14,459 nucleotides of DNA from Candidatus Krumholzibacteriia bacterium (GTDB lineage Bacteria > Krumholzibacteriota > Krumholzibacteriia > WVZY01), in contig JAZGDW010000315.1 in assembly GCA_036478295.1 (NCBI GenBank), positions 1 through 14,459 of the forward strand, in the 5' to 3' direction. The notes beneath the pieces are model-generated. The model did no database searches and was not told where the DNA came from. It saw nothing but the letters and a program-made list of their open reading frames with translations. Shown here piece by piece: positions 1 to 7,277 of this stretch. The first letter of the stretch is position 1. Each line of letters starts with the position of its first letter. A program made the position numbers and the translations under genes.

Positions 1-896
1 TCCTCCGATTGCAGCCTGGGGTCGACGGCCACGGCGTCCGTGTTGACACCGTCGATGTAGGTGGCCACCGGAAAGCGAGTCAGCACGTCGCGGCAGCCGA
101 CGGCGAAGGGTCCTTTCATGTCGACACCGATGAGAAGCCCGGTTGGATTGGTTGTGATTTCCACCGCGTCGAGGCCGGCAGAGGCCTCCAGAGAGGCGAA
201 TTTGGTTACGTTGCCTCCCGTGTCAATCTTGAGAAGCTCGGGAAAAACCTGGCGGACCGCGACATACAAATCACCACGGGGTGAAAAAGCGATGTCCCAA
301 ACAAACGGCAGAATGCCCTCGACCTTGGGCAACTCCATAAAGCTCGAGGCCGTTGGCGGAGGGAAGGGGTTTACGCGAACGATGCCCGCGGCGCCGGCAG
401 AGAAGAGCGAAGACCGGCTGGTCGCGAGAAAGAGGTGTCCTGACGTCCCATACGACACCCGCAGCGTATCCTCCGCCTCCGGACAGAGAAAATTGCTGGA
501 CATCGCCTCGAATACGACGGATCCCGCATCGATACTCGCCCGCACTTGGTTTGTGCCCAACGGGGGTCCCAAAGTGAATCGCGTCGAGGCCAAGCCCTGT
601 TCGTTGGTCTGAACTGTCGGGCTCGATACCTGCCCGCCCCCGGCAAGGGGAAAGAAGGTGACGGTCACGTTGGCGGCGGCCGCGCCGTCGGCGGTCACGA
701 TCACCACCTCCAGCGGGTCGGGCAGCTCTGTGCCTCTGAGCGACCATTGGTTATTGCCGGACCTGATGCCGATGCTCCCCGGTGGCGCTGGCGCCGTGGA
801 ATCACTGCACTGGGAAAGCAGGGTAACCAGCACGAGCAAGCCGATTGCGATAGCGAGTTTGGAAAGCAGTGCCGTTCTCGAAATTACGACTTTCAT
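1..896 (-). CDS. Putative lipoprotein with an Ig-like (Big_1-like) domain followed by a beta-propeller-like region; 3' end runs off the window
   Basis: Absent from the ORF track because it has no stop in the window. Manual translation from the ATG at 896 is open to position 3: MKVVISRTALLSKLAIAIGLLVLVTLLSQC-SDSTAP... It has a hydrophobic signal and lipobox-like LSQC (Cys30). SGNNQ...LPDPLEVVIVTADG...NVTVTF...TNEQGLASTRFTLG is a typical Ig-like/invasin pattern; WDIAFSPRGDLYVA and AVAVDP resemble NHL/propeller repeats. AAGGA lies upstream on the minus strand. Confidence 0.8.
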   Translation of the reverse strand, partial: MKVVISRTALLSKLAIAIGLLVLVTLLSQCSDSTAPAPPGSIGIRSGNNQWSLRGTELPDPLEVVIVTADGAAAANVTVTFFPLAGGGQVSSPTVQTNEQGLASTRFTLGPPLGTNQVRASIDAGSVVFEAMSSNFLCPEAEDTLRVSYGTSGHLFLATSRSSLFSAGAAGIVRVNPFPPPTASSFMELPKVEGILPFVWDIAFSPRGDLYVAVRQVFPELLKIDTGGNVTKFASLEASAGLDAVEITTNPTGLLIGVDMKGPFAVGCRDVLTRFPVATYIDGVNTDAVAVDPRLQSE

Positions 897-1072
897 TCGG
901 ACAGATCCTTGGTCGACGGTGGGACATACCTCGTGTATTTAGCTCGGAGCACCAGTGGTGGGGAAGGCCCCGCACAATCCCTGCGGCCCGCTTCGTGGGG
1001 TTTGTGGGCCAGTACCGGTAGCCTAACCTTTTTCAAGGTGAAGCACAATGCCCATTCCCCCCGGCCCGCTAC

Positions 1073-1090
1073 TGTCAAATAAATTTGACA
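1073..1090. promoter_or_regulatory. Palindromic operator/enhancer (UAS) 1a, TGTCAAATAAATTTGACA
   Basis: 8-bp perfect inverted arms; the identical 18-mer recurs at 1717 and 1806; upstream of a sigma54 promoter. Confidence 0.8.
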
Positions 1091-1163
1091 CTCGGCGTCG
1101 AGTAAACGTCAGGCCTGTATTTGGTTGAGATTTAACGCGTTATCCACATCGCCCGACGCTGGG

Positions 1164-1181
1164 TGTCAACTCCGTTTGACA
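1164..1181. promoter_or_regulatory. Palindromic operator/enhancer (UAS) 1b, TGTCAACTCCGTTTGACA
   Basis: Same TGTCAA-N6-TTGACA consensus; 91 bp after site 1a and 124 bp before the TGG of sigma54 promoter 1. Confidence 0.75.
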
Positions 1182-1287
1182 CTCGTGCGGACTTTTTGAG
1201 ACCCGTACGCGAAGCGACAAGGAACAACGCTCCATTAACCTCCCGTGTCGTAATCAATTAGGAGTTTTCCGTCACAATGCGGCACGA

Positions 1288-1302
1288 TGGTACACCACTT
1301 GC
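1288..1302 (+). promoter_or_regulatory. Sigma54 (RpoN) -24/-12 promoter 1, TGGTACACCACTTGC
   Basis: Matches TGGCAC-N5-TTGC (one mismatch) with exact GG-N10-GC spacing; paralogous copy at 1929. Confidence 0.8.
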
Positions 1303-1374
1303 CATAACACGCTACCAAGAAAGCGGCTCCCGAAGGTTGGGAGAGAGATCAAACCCTCGGAGGAGGTGTCCAAA

Positions 1375-1464
1375 ATGAAGTATATCATCATGTCAAATCT
1401 CGGACTGCTCGTTACACTGCTGGCCTTCTTCGGCAAAAGCGTCTGGGGCAAGAGCGTTTGGTAG
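1375..1464 (+). CDS. Small hydrophobic peptide 1, 29 aa: MKYIIMSNLGLLVTLLAFFGKSVWGKSVW
   Basis: Strong SD AGGAGGTG at 1361-1368, ATG at 1375, TAG at 1462-1464. Shares 17/24 aa with the paralog at 2033, with conservative and synonymous changes. Flanked by a promoter and a terminator. Too short for the ORF track. Confidence 0.85.
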   Translation: MKYIIMSNLGLLVTLLAFFGKSVWGKSVW

Positions 1465-1484
1465 GATGCCGGAAAGCGCAAGAG

Positions 1485-1514
1485 AAGAGCCTGCATGCTG
1501 CAGGCTCTTTTTTT
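1485..1514 (+). terminator. Intrinsic terminator after peptide 1
   Basis: AAGAGCCTGCA-TGC-TGCAGGCTCTT 11-bp stem running into a T7 tract (1508-1514). Confidence 0.85.
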
Positions 1515-1716
1515 GATCATGATCGACTGGTCGTCACGGCCGATCCGGAGGATTGCCCGGGGTTGCGGCGTGGATGCCCATAATCAACTTCGATAGGCCT
1601 CACCCGGGCCTGGAGCGTGGGTGCCTGGCCCCGGCCGGGTCGCGGCCTCGCGCCTCGCCCGCCGACCTCGGGCCCAGGGGCAGGTAACTGTATCAGCGCC
1701 AGGCCAGGTGAGGGAG

Positions 1717-1734
1717 TGTCAAATAAATTTGACA
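1717..1734. promoter_or_regulatory. Palindromic operator/enhancer (UAS) 2a, TGTCAAATAAATTTGACA
   Basis: Identical to 1073-1090. Confidence 0.8.
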
Positions 1735-1805
1735 CTTTATGTCCAATAAACAATACATGTTAACTATCTATATTTCATATAGTTATATATATAGACAACA
1801 TTTAC

Positions 1806-1823
1806 TGTCAAATAAATTTGACA
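1806..1823. promoter_or_regulatory. Palindromic operator/enhancer (UAS) 2b, TGTCAAATAAATTTGACA
   Basis: Identical 18-mer; 89 bp after site 2a and 123 bp before the TGG of sigma54 promoter 2. Confidence 0.8.
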
Positions 1824-1928
1824 CTTCCGACTTGCAAACTGGACATTCTGTGCTATTAAAAGAAGGACCTGGGAAGCAACGTCTTTTATGAGAAGTGATT
1901 AGGAACTTCAAGGCGTTCCCGGGATTCT

Positions 1929-1943
1929 TGGTACACGGCTTGC
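1929..1943 (+). promoter_or_regulatory. Sigma54 (RpoN) -24/-12 promoter 2, TGGTACACGGCTTGC
   Basis: GG-N10-GC; differs from promoter 1 at only 2 spacer positions. Confidence 0.8.
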
Positions 1944-2032
1944 CCTTACAGGGAGGCGTGAGTAGCGGAGCAAAGCGTACTCATTTGTTGATGGAACGCA
2001 GCGAACACTCAGACAGACGGGAGGTGGTTGAG

Positions 2033-2113
2033 ATGAAGTATATCATCTTCGCCAACATAGGATTGCTCGTCTCGATCCTAGCGGTCTTGGGAAAGAGCGT
2101 TTGGATTGCGTGA
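2033..2113 (+). CDS. Small hydrophobic peptide 2, 26 aa: MKYIIFANIGLLVSILAVLGKSVWIA
   Basis: SD GGGAGGTG at 2019-2026, ATG at 2033. It is the 3' end of track ORF 1895..2113 and a paralog of peptide 1. Confidence 0.85.
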   Translation: MKYIIFANIGLLVSILAVLGKSVWIA

Positions 2114-2119
2114 GTTAAC

Positions 2120-2153
2120 AAAAAAGAGCCTGCCCTGCGCAGGCTCTATTTTT
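2120..2153 (+). terminator. Intrinsic terminator after peptide 2 (possibly leaky)
   Basis: AGAGCCTGC-CCTGC-GCAGGCTCT 9-bp stem (same stem sequence as terminator 1), followed by ATTTTT and preceded by an A-run. Confidence 0.7.
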
Positions 2154-2182
2154 GGGTGCATGACACGCCCGGGAGACACACC

Positions 2183-3823
2183 ATGGCGAACCACAGCAAG
2201 AAGGAACAGGGGCGAACGCCAGACGCAGCGAGGGTGTTCGCGGAGATCGACAAGCACGTCGGTCCGCCGCCTGGGCCGGCCGAGCGCGAGCCCGGTATAA
2301 AAGACCTCAAGCGGCGTTACTCGATCATCGAGACCCTTCTCAACGTCAGCACCTCCATCAATTCCACGATGAATCTCGGCGAGCTGCTGGAGAAAATCGT
2401 CGACGCGGTCGTGAAGATTACCGACTGCAGCCGGGGTTACCTCATGCTGCGACACAACGGCGAGCTCACCCTGAGCCTGGCGCGATCCCGGCACGGCAAG
2501 CCGATGTCACACAAGAACTTCGACCGCAGTCTCAGCGTCATCCAGAACGCTGCCGAGACCGGCCTGCCGCAGGTGGTCACCAACGCCCAGGAAGAAGACG
2601 ACCTTCGTGACAAGAAGAGTATCGTCGAGCTGGACATCAAGACGGTCATCTGCATTCCCCTCCAGTTCGAAGAGAACCTCGTCGGCGTAATCTACGCGGA
2701 CAGCGACCGCATATCAGAGACGTTCAGCCAGGCGGATCTCTCGATATTGAACGCCTTTGGCGCGCAGGCGGCGGTGGCGATCGAGAATACGCGTCGCCAT
2801 GGCGATCTCGAGATGTTGAAGAACGCGCTGGAAACCCAGAACGTGAGCTTGCGCCAGGAAGTCGCCGGCAACTACGAATTCGCCGGCATCATCGGTCGCA
2901 GCCGTGCGATGAAGGAGACATTCGAGGTCATCAAGAAGGTCGCGCCGCTGTCGACGACCGTCCTCATCCAGGGCGAAACCGGTACGGGCAAGGAACTGAT
3001 CGCCAAGGCGATCCACTACAACAGCGCCCGAAAAGAACGGCCCCTGGTGTCGATAAACTGCGGTGCGCTGCCGAAGGACATTCTGGAGAGCGAGCTTTTC
3101 GGCTACCGCAAGGGGGCGTTTACCGGTGCAGACCAGGACCGGGCGGGCCTGTTCGAGGCGGCCAACGGCGGCACCATCTTTCTGGATGAAATAGGCGACA
3201 TGCCGATCGAGCTGCAGGTCAAGCTTCTCCGTACGCTGCAGGAAAACGAGGTGCGGCGCCTCGGTGATGACCGCGTGATCCAGATCGACGTGCGGGTTAT
3301 CGCCGCCACCAACAAGGACCTGGCCCTCGAGGTCGAAAAAGGGAGGTTCCGGGACGACCTGTTCTACCGGCTCAACGTGGTGCCGATCCACCTGGCCCCG
3401 CTGCGAGATCGTCCGGAAGATGTCCTGCCGCTCGTCGACCATTTCCTCGAGAAATATTGCCGCGAGATGAAGAAAGAAAAGCCGCTGCTGACGCGGGTGG
3501 CGAAGGAGATGCTGTTGTATCACTCCTGGTCCGGCAACGTGCGGGAGCTCGAGAATTCGATCGAACGTGCCCTCGCCCTCGGTGAAGACAAAAAGGTTAT
3601 CGACGTCGATCAGTTCGAGCACCTGATCAAGACGGCCACGGTCGGCGGAACGGACGAAACGGTGTCCCTGAAGAAAATGCTCGACGTGTGGGAAAAAGAA
3701 CTCCTGCAGAAGATGCTGGTCAAACACTCCTGGAATATCTCTCACACGGCGCTCGCCCTTAACCTGAGCAGACAGCAGCTCTACAACAAGATTAAGCGAT
3801 TCGGGCTGGCGCCGCTCATCTAG
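2183..3823 (+). CDS. Sigma54-dependent transcriptional activator (bEBP), GAF-AAA+-Fis-type HTH, NifA/FhlA-like architecture
   Basis: GAF region ([20 protein letters not shown]...QAAVAIEN), Walker [21 protein letters not shown] loop, Walker [30 protein letters not shown] and a C-terminal HTH ([23 protein letters not shown]). ATG 2183 with SD GGGAG is preferred over GTG 2156. Confidence 0.95.
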   Translation: MANHSKKEQGRTPDAARVFAEIDKHVGPPPGPAEREPGIKDLKRRYSIIETLLNVSTSINSTMNLGELLEKIVDAVVKITDCSRGYLMLRHNGELTLSLARSRHGKPMSHKNFDRSLSVIQNAAETGLPQVVTNAQEEDDLRDKKSIVELDIKTVICIPLQFEENLVGVIYADSDRISETFSQADLSILNAFGAQAAVAIENTRRHGDLEMLKNALETQNVSLRQEVAGNYEFAGIIGRSRAMKETFEVIKKVAPLSTTVLIQGETGTGKELIAKAIHYNSARKERPLVSINCGALPKDILESELFGYRKGAFTGADQDRAGLFEAANGGTIFLDEIGDMPIELQVKLLRTLQENEVRRLGDDRVIQIDVRVIAATNKDLALEVEKGRFRDDLFYRLNVVPIHLAPLRDRPEDVLPLVDHFLEKYCREMKKEKPLLTRVAKEMLLYHSWSGNVRELENSIERALALGEDKKVIDVDQFEHLIKTATVGGTDETVSLKKMLDVWEKELLQKMLVKHSWNISHTALALNLSRQQLYNKIKRFGLAPLI

Positions 3824-3828
3824 ACACT

Positions 3829-4053
3829 CCGCCTCGCGGGGGCGTCTGTTGGATTGTCTCCCTCGCCGCGCTCCGCTTCGCTCGGCTACCCCGCTACGCG
3901 GGGTGATCCTCGCTCGCTCGCGCGACGGCTCTGTCAACAGCCCAACAGACGCCCCCTCGCTCGCTCCCGCGACGGGTCCGTCAACAGCCCAACTGGCGCA
4001 CCGCCACTCATCCCCGCATGGGGCTCCGTCAACAAACCAACAGGCGCCCCCCC
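3829..4053 (+). repeat. Structured REP/REPIN-like intergenic repeat, copy A
   Basis: An ~85-bp core (ttgtctccctcgccgcgctccgcttcgctcggctaccccgc...ggggtgatcctcgctcg...gtcaaca) is shared with copies B and C. It is enclosed by a perfect 15-bp inverted repeat (3838-3852/3942-3956), with GTCAACA sub-repeats at 3933, 3980 and 4028. Confidence 0.8.
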
Positions 4054-4183
4054 AATTCATTCCCGCGCTCGAACGCTGTCCGTGGCGTATACCGTTGAGA
4101 TTTGGTAGACTCCTCTCTCGGCACCGGGAAGGGAATTCCAGAAAAGATTGATCCATCGTTCGTCCCGAAAGGAGCAACACCTC

Positions 4184-6136
4184 ATGGCGGACAAGCATCT
4201 GGAAACGATTCTTGATGAAAAGCGGAAATTTCCACCCCCAAAGGCGTTTCAGCAGGGCGCTCACATTTCTTCATTTGGTCAATTCAAGGAAGAATACGAG
4301 GAGAGCATCAAGAACCCGGAGAAATTCTGGGCCTCCGTCGCCGAGGAACTGCACTGGTACAAGAAGTGGGACCGAGTGCTGGACGAGAGCGAAGCGCCTT
4401 TCTTCAAGTGGTTCGTGGGAGGCAAGACCAACATTACCGAGAACTGCCTCGACCGGCATCTAACAACTGCGACCCGGAACAAAGCGGCGATTCTGTGGCA
4501 GGGCGAACCTGGGGACGAACGGGTGCTCACATACTGGGACCTGTGGCGCGAGGTCAACAAGTGCGCCAATGCGCTGAAGGACCTGGGCATCAAGCGGGGG
4601 GACCGGGTCGCCATTTATCTGCCGATGATACCGGAACTCGCCATCACCATGCTGGCATGCGCCCGGATCGGCGCGGTCCATTCGGTCATCTTCGCCGGGT
4701 TTTCCGCCGAATCGATTCGTGACCGCGTGCTCGATAGCGAGGCGGCGCTCGTCATCACGGCCGACGGCGGCTGGCGACGTGGCAAAATACTGCCCTTGAA
4801 AGACATCGTGGACGAGGCCATTGAGGACTGTGACTGCGTGGAGAAAGTGATGGTCGTCAAGCGGTCCGCCGCTGATCCGTTTCCCTGCCGAATCAAAGAG
4901 GGCAGAGACCACTGGTACCACGATGTGGTGGAAAAGAGCGCGACCCACTGCCCGCCGGAGGAGATGGACAGCGAGGACATGCTTTTCTTGCTCTACACCA
5001 GCGGTACGACCGGCAAGCCCAAGGGGATCATCCACACGACGGGCGGGTACATGGTCTACACGTACCACACGATGAAGTACGTTTTTGATATCAAACCCGA
5101 TGACGTCTACTGGTGCACGGCCGATATCGGTTGGGTGACCGGGCACAGCTACACCGTTTATGGTCCTCTGGCGAACGCGGCGACCCTGGTGATGTACGAG
5201 GGCGCGCCGAACGCACCGGATGAGGGGCGCTTCTGGGAGATTGTCGAGCGCTACGGTGTCACCGTGTTCTATACCGCGCCGACAGCCATCCGCACGTTTA
5301 TGAAATGGGGTGACCAGTGGCCGGAGAAATACGAGCTCGGTTCGCTTCGCCTGCTGGGGACCGTCGGTGAGACGATCAACCCCGAAGCGTGGATGTGGTA
5401 CCACAACGTCATCGGACACAGCCGCTGCCCCATCGTCGATACGTGGTGGCAGACGGAAACGGGCGGCATTCTGATCACACCGATTCCCGGCGCCACAACG
5501 ACCAAGCCCGGCAGTGCGACCTTGCCGTTTTTCGGCATCGACGCCGCGGTACTGGATGAGAGCGGAAAAGAGACCAATGCAGGCCTGCTCGCCATCCGCA
5601 AACCGTGGCCGGGGATGCTTCGCGGCATCTATGGAGACCCCGAGCGGTACAAGGAGACATATTGGTCCAAGTGGGACGGCATCTATTTTGCGGGCGATGG
5701 TGCGAAGAAAGATGACGAGGGGTATTACTGGATACTGGGGCGGGTCGATGACGTCGTTAATGTTGCCGGCCACCGGATCGGGACCGCGGAGCTGGAGAGC
5801 ATATTTGTCGAGCACAAGGCAGTCGTCGAGTCGGCCGTGATCGGGATGTCCCACGAGATCAAGGGGCAGGCACTGGCCGCATTCGTGACCCTGGCCGGTA
5901 CGGTCGAAGGAACCCCGGAACTCGTAAAGGAACTCAAGGCTTGGGTGGCCAAGAAGATCGGCAAGTTCGCCATCCCCGAGCGTATCATCTTCGCCGCCGA
6001 TCTACCGAAGACCCGGTCGGGAAAGATCATGCGCCGGCTGCTCCGCGACATCGCCGAGGGCCGCGCACTGGGCAACGTGGCGACGCTGGCCGACGCGAGC
6101 GTCGTCGAATCCCTGAAGGTCCAGTACGAAGACTAG
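4184..6136 (+). CDS. acs: Acetyl-CoA synthetase (acetate--CoA ligase, AMP-forming)
   Basis: [14 protein letters not shown]-binding loop, [30 protein letters not shown] and [11 protein letters not shown] (acetylatable Lys). ATG 4184 has SD AGGAG. Confidence 0.96.
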   Translation: MADKHLETILDEKRKFPPPKAFQQGAHISSFGQFKEEYEESIKNPEKFWASVAEELHWYKKWDRVLDESEAPFFKWFVGGKTNITENCLDRHLTTATRNKAAILWQGEPGDERVLTYWDLWREVNKCANALKDLGIKRGDRVAIYLPMIPELAITMLACARIGAVHSVIFAGFSAESIRDRVLDSEAALVITADGGWRRGKILPLKDIVDEAIEDCDCVEKVMVVKRSAADPFPCRIKEGRDHWYHDVVEKSATHCPPEEMDSEDMLFLLYTSGTTGKPKGIIHTTGGYMVYTYHTMKYVFDIKPDDVYWCTADIGWVTGHSYTVYGPLANAATLVMYEGAPNAPDEGRFWEIVERYGVTVFYTAPTAIRTFMKWGDQWPEKYELGSLRLLGTVGETINPEAWMWYHNVIGHSRCPIVDTWWQTETGGILITPIPGATTTKPGSATLPFFGIDAAVLDESGKETNAGLLAIRKPWPGMLRGIYGDPERYKETYWSKWDGIYFAGDGAKKDDEGYYWILGRVDDVVNVAGHRIGTAELESIFVEHKAVVESAVIGMSHEIKGQALAAFVTLAGTVEGTPELVKELKAWVAKKIGKFAIPERIIFAADLPKTRSGKIMRRLLRDIAEGRALGNVATLADASVVESLKVQYED

Positions 6137-6147
6137 GCGGCGTACGG

Positions 6148-6390
6148 GTTACGACGGTGCGCTGTCGAATTGTCTCCTGACCCGCGCTCCGCTTCGCTCG
6201 GATATCCCGCTTCGCGGGGGCGCGTGTTGGGTTGTCTCCCTCGCCGCGCTCCACTTCGCTCGGCTACCCCGCTGCGCGGGGTGATCCTCGCTCGTTCCCG
6301 CAACGGCTCTGTCAACAACCCAACACACGCCCCCTCAATTCGTTTCCCGCATGGGGCTCTGTCAACAATCCACCCGTGCGCCGCCGTAAC
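6148..6390 (+). repeat. Structured REP/REPIN-like intergenic repeat, copy B
   Basis: Same core as copy A; inner 20-bp inverted repeat 6216-6235/6315-6334 (1 mismatch); imperfect outer arms gttacgacggtgcgc...gtgcgccgccgtaac. Confidence 0.8.
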
Positions 6391-6473
6391 TTGTTTGCAA
6401 CGGGTCGGGCGTGACAAACTGTGCTACGCTATAGATGGCCTGCGACAGACGTTTACCCACAAGGGCGTGGGTC

Positions 6474-7022
6474 ATGAAAAAAGCACTGTTATTGACGGTC
6501 GTGTTCACGCTGTGGGCGACCATGGTTCTTGGCCAGGCGGGGATTATTTCGATATTCGCTGACGTGACGGGCAACAACTGCAATCTGGTGGACACAAACA
6601 ATCCCAACCACTTTTACCTGGTACACACGATCACGCCGGGTGCGATGGCGATCCTGTTTCAGGCGTCGTTGCCCGCCTGCTATCCAGGCATCTGGCTCTC
6701 GGACCTCCAGCCCTTCGCCGTCACGGTCGGCGACTCGCAAGCCGGCGTTGCCGTTGCGTATGGCTCATGTCTGGCGGCGCCAATCCACGTTCTGACGGTG
6801 GTCGCGTTTGGCGGCGGTACCCCGGCCTGCTGCGTGTACCCGATTACCCCGCACCCCGATTCTGCCTCGGGAACGATCGAAGTGACTGATTGCTCATTCG
6901 AGGACCATGCCGGAGTTCCCAGTTACAACGGGATTATAAACAGCAACGCGACGTGCGTGTGTGGCGACCATCCGGTCGAAGAGACCACCTGGGGCCGAGT
7001 AAAATCGCTGTACGGTGACTAG
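6474..7022 (+). CDS. Secreted Cys-rich hypothetical protein with C-terminal TWGxxKxLY motif
   Basis: Signal peptide MKKALLLTVVFTLWATMVLG, 8 Cys, ends PVEETTWGRVKSLYGD. ATG 6474 is preferred over 6435 because it gives a canonical signal peptide. Confidence 0.85.
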   Translation: MKKALLLTVVFTLWATMVLGQAGIISIFADVTGNNCNLVDTNNPNHFYLVHTITPGAMAILFQASLPACYPGIWLSDLQPFAVTVGDSQAGVAVAYGSCLAAPIHVLTVVAFGGGTPACCVYPITPHPDSASGTIEVTDCSFEDHAGVPSYNGIINSNATCVCGDHPVEETTWGRVKSLYGD

Positions 7023-7051
7023 CGTTCCGCTGTTGCATCATCCGGGACAAA

Positions 7052-7266
7052 AGGGGGGCGCCAGTTGGGTTGTTGACAGAGCCCCATGTGGGCATGAGGG
7101 GCGGTGTGTGGCTAGGTTGGTGACGGAGCCGTTGCGGGAACGAGCGAGGATCACCCCGCGCAGCGGGGTAGCCGAGCGAAGTGGAGCACGGCGACGGAGG
7201 CAACCTAGCCACGCACCGCCCCGAGCTGCAGGTGGAGCGCGGGTCAGGAGACAATCCACCCGTGCG
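7052..7266 (-). repeat. Structured REP/REPIN-like intergenic repeat, copy C (inverted), between convergent genes
   Basis: Reverse complement of the A/B core; 22-bp inverted repeat 7098-7119/7201-7222 (1 mismatch, G-U compatible). Confidence 0.8.
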
Positions 7267-7277
7267 ACGCCAATAGC

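Noticed and set aside
1140..1148. Perfect DnaA box TTATCCACA
   Set aside because: Single copy, not conserved in the second unit, and with no oriC context; probably chance.
1391..1398. TGTCAAAT half-site inside peptide 1, and TGTCAACA in the REP-like repeats
   Set aside because: No matching TTGACA arm at N6 spacing.
1272..1753. Minus-strand ORFs 1272-1520 and 1517-1753; type I toxin-antitoxin reading of the peptides
   Set aside because: The ORFs overlap the peptide unit and regulatory sites and lack a convincing SD. No antisense RNA promoter/terminator pair was evident, and sigma54 enhancer control is atypical of type I TA loci, though it is not formally excluded.
1073..1823. TTGACA halves of the palindromes as sigma70 -35 boxes, or as transposon ends
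   Set aside because: No good -10 at 16-18 bp (best is minus-strand TATAAC near 1782-1787) and no transposase or target duplication. Fixed spacing to the -24/-12 motifs fits enhancers better.
1895..2032. 72-aa version of the peptide-2 ORF starting at GTG 1895
   Set aside because: This start lies upstream of the sigma54 promoter. The strong SD and homology to peptide 1 place the start at 2033.
3909..4053. GTCAACA-containing units at 47-48 bp period resembling a mini CRISPR array
   Set aside because: The units are degenerate, lack distinct unique spacers, have no cas genes nearby, and are sub-modules of the REP-like element.
3849..4151. Mutually similar ORFs in the repeats (3849-4151, 6170-6562, 6232-6414, 6934-7254, 7038-7259)
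   Set aside because: The similarity appears in several frames and on both strands, so it reflects the DNA repeat rather than protein conservation.
2714..4264. Long antisense ORFs (2714-4264, 4460-5854, 8658-10538, 7856-8500, 13683-14432; also plus-strand 61-612 and 546-1082)
   Set aside because: They are shadows of well-supported genes on the opposite strand, expected from high-GC codon bias, and show no recognisable motifs.
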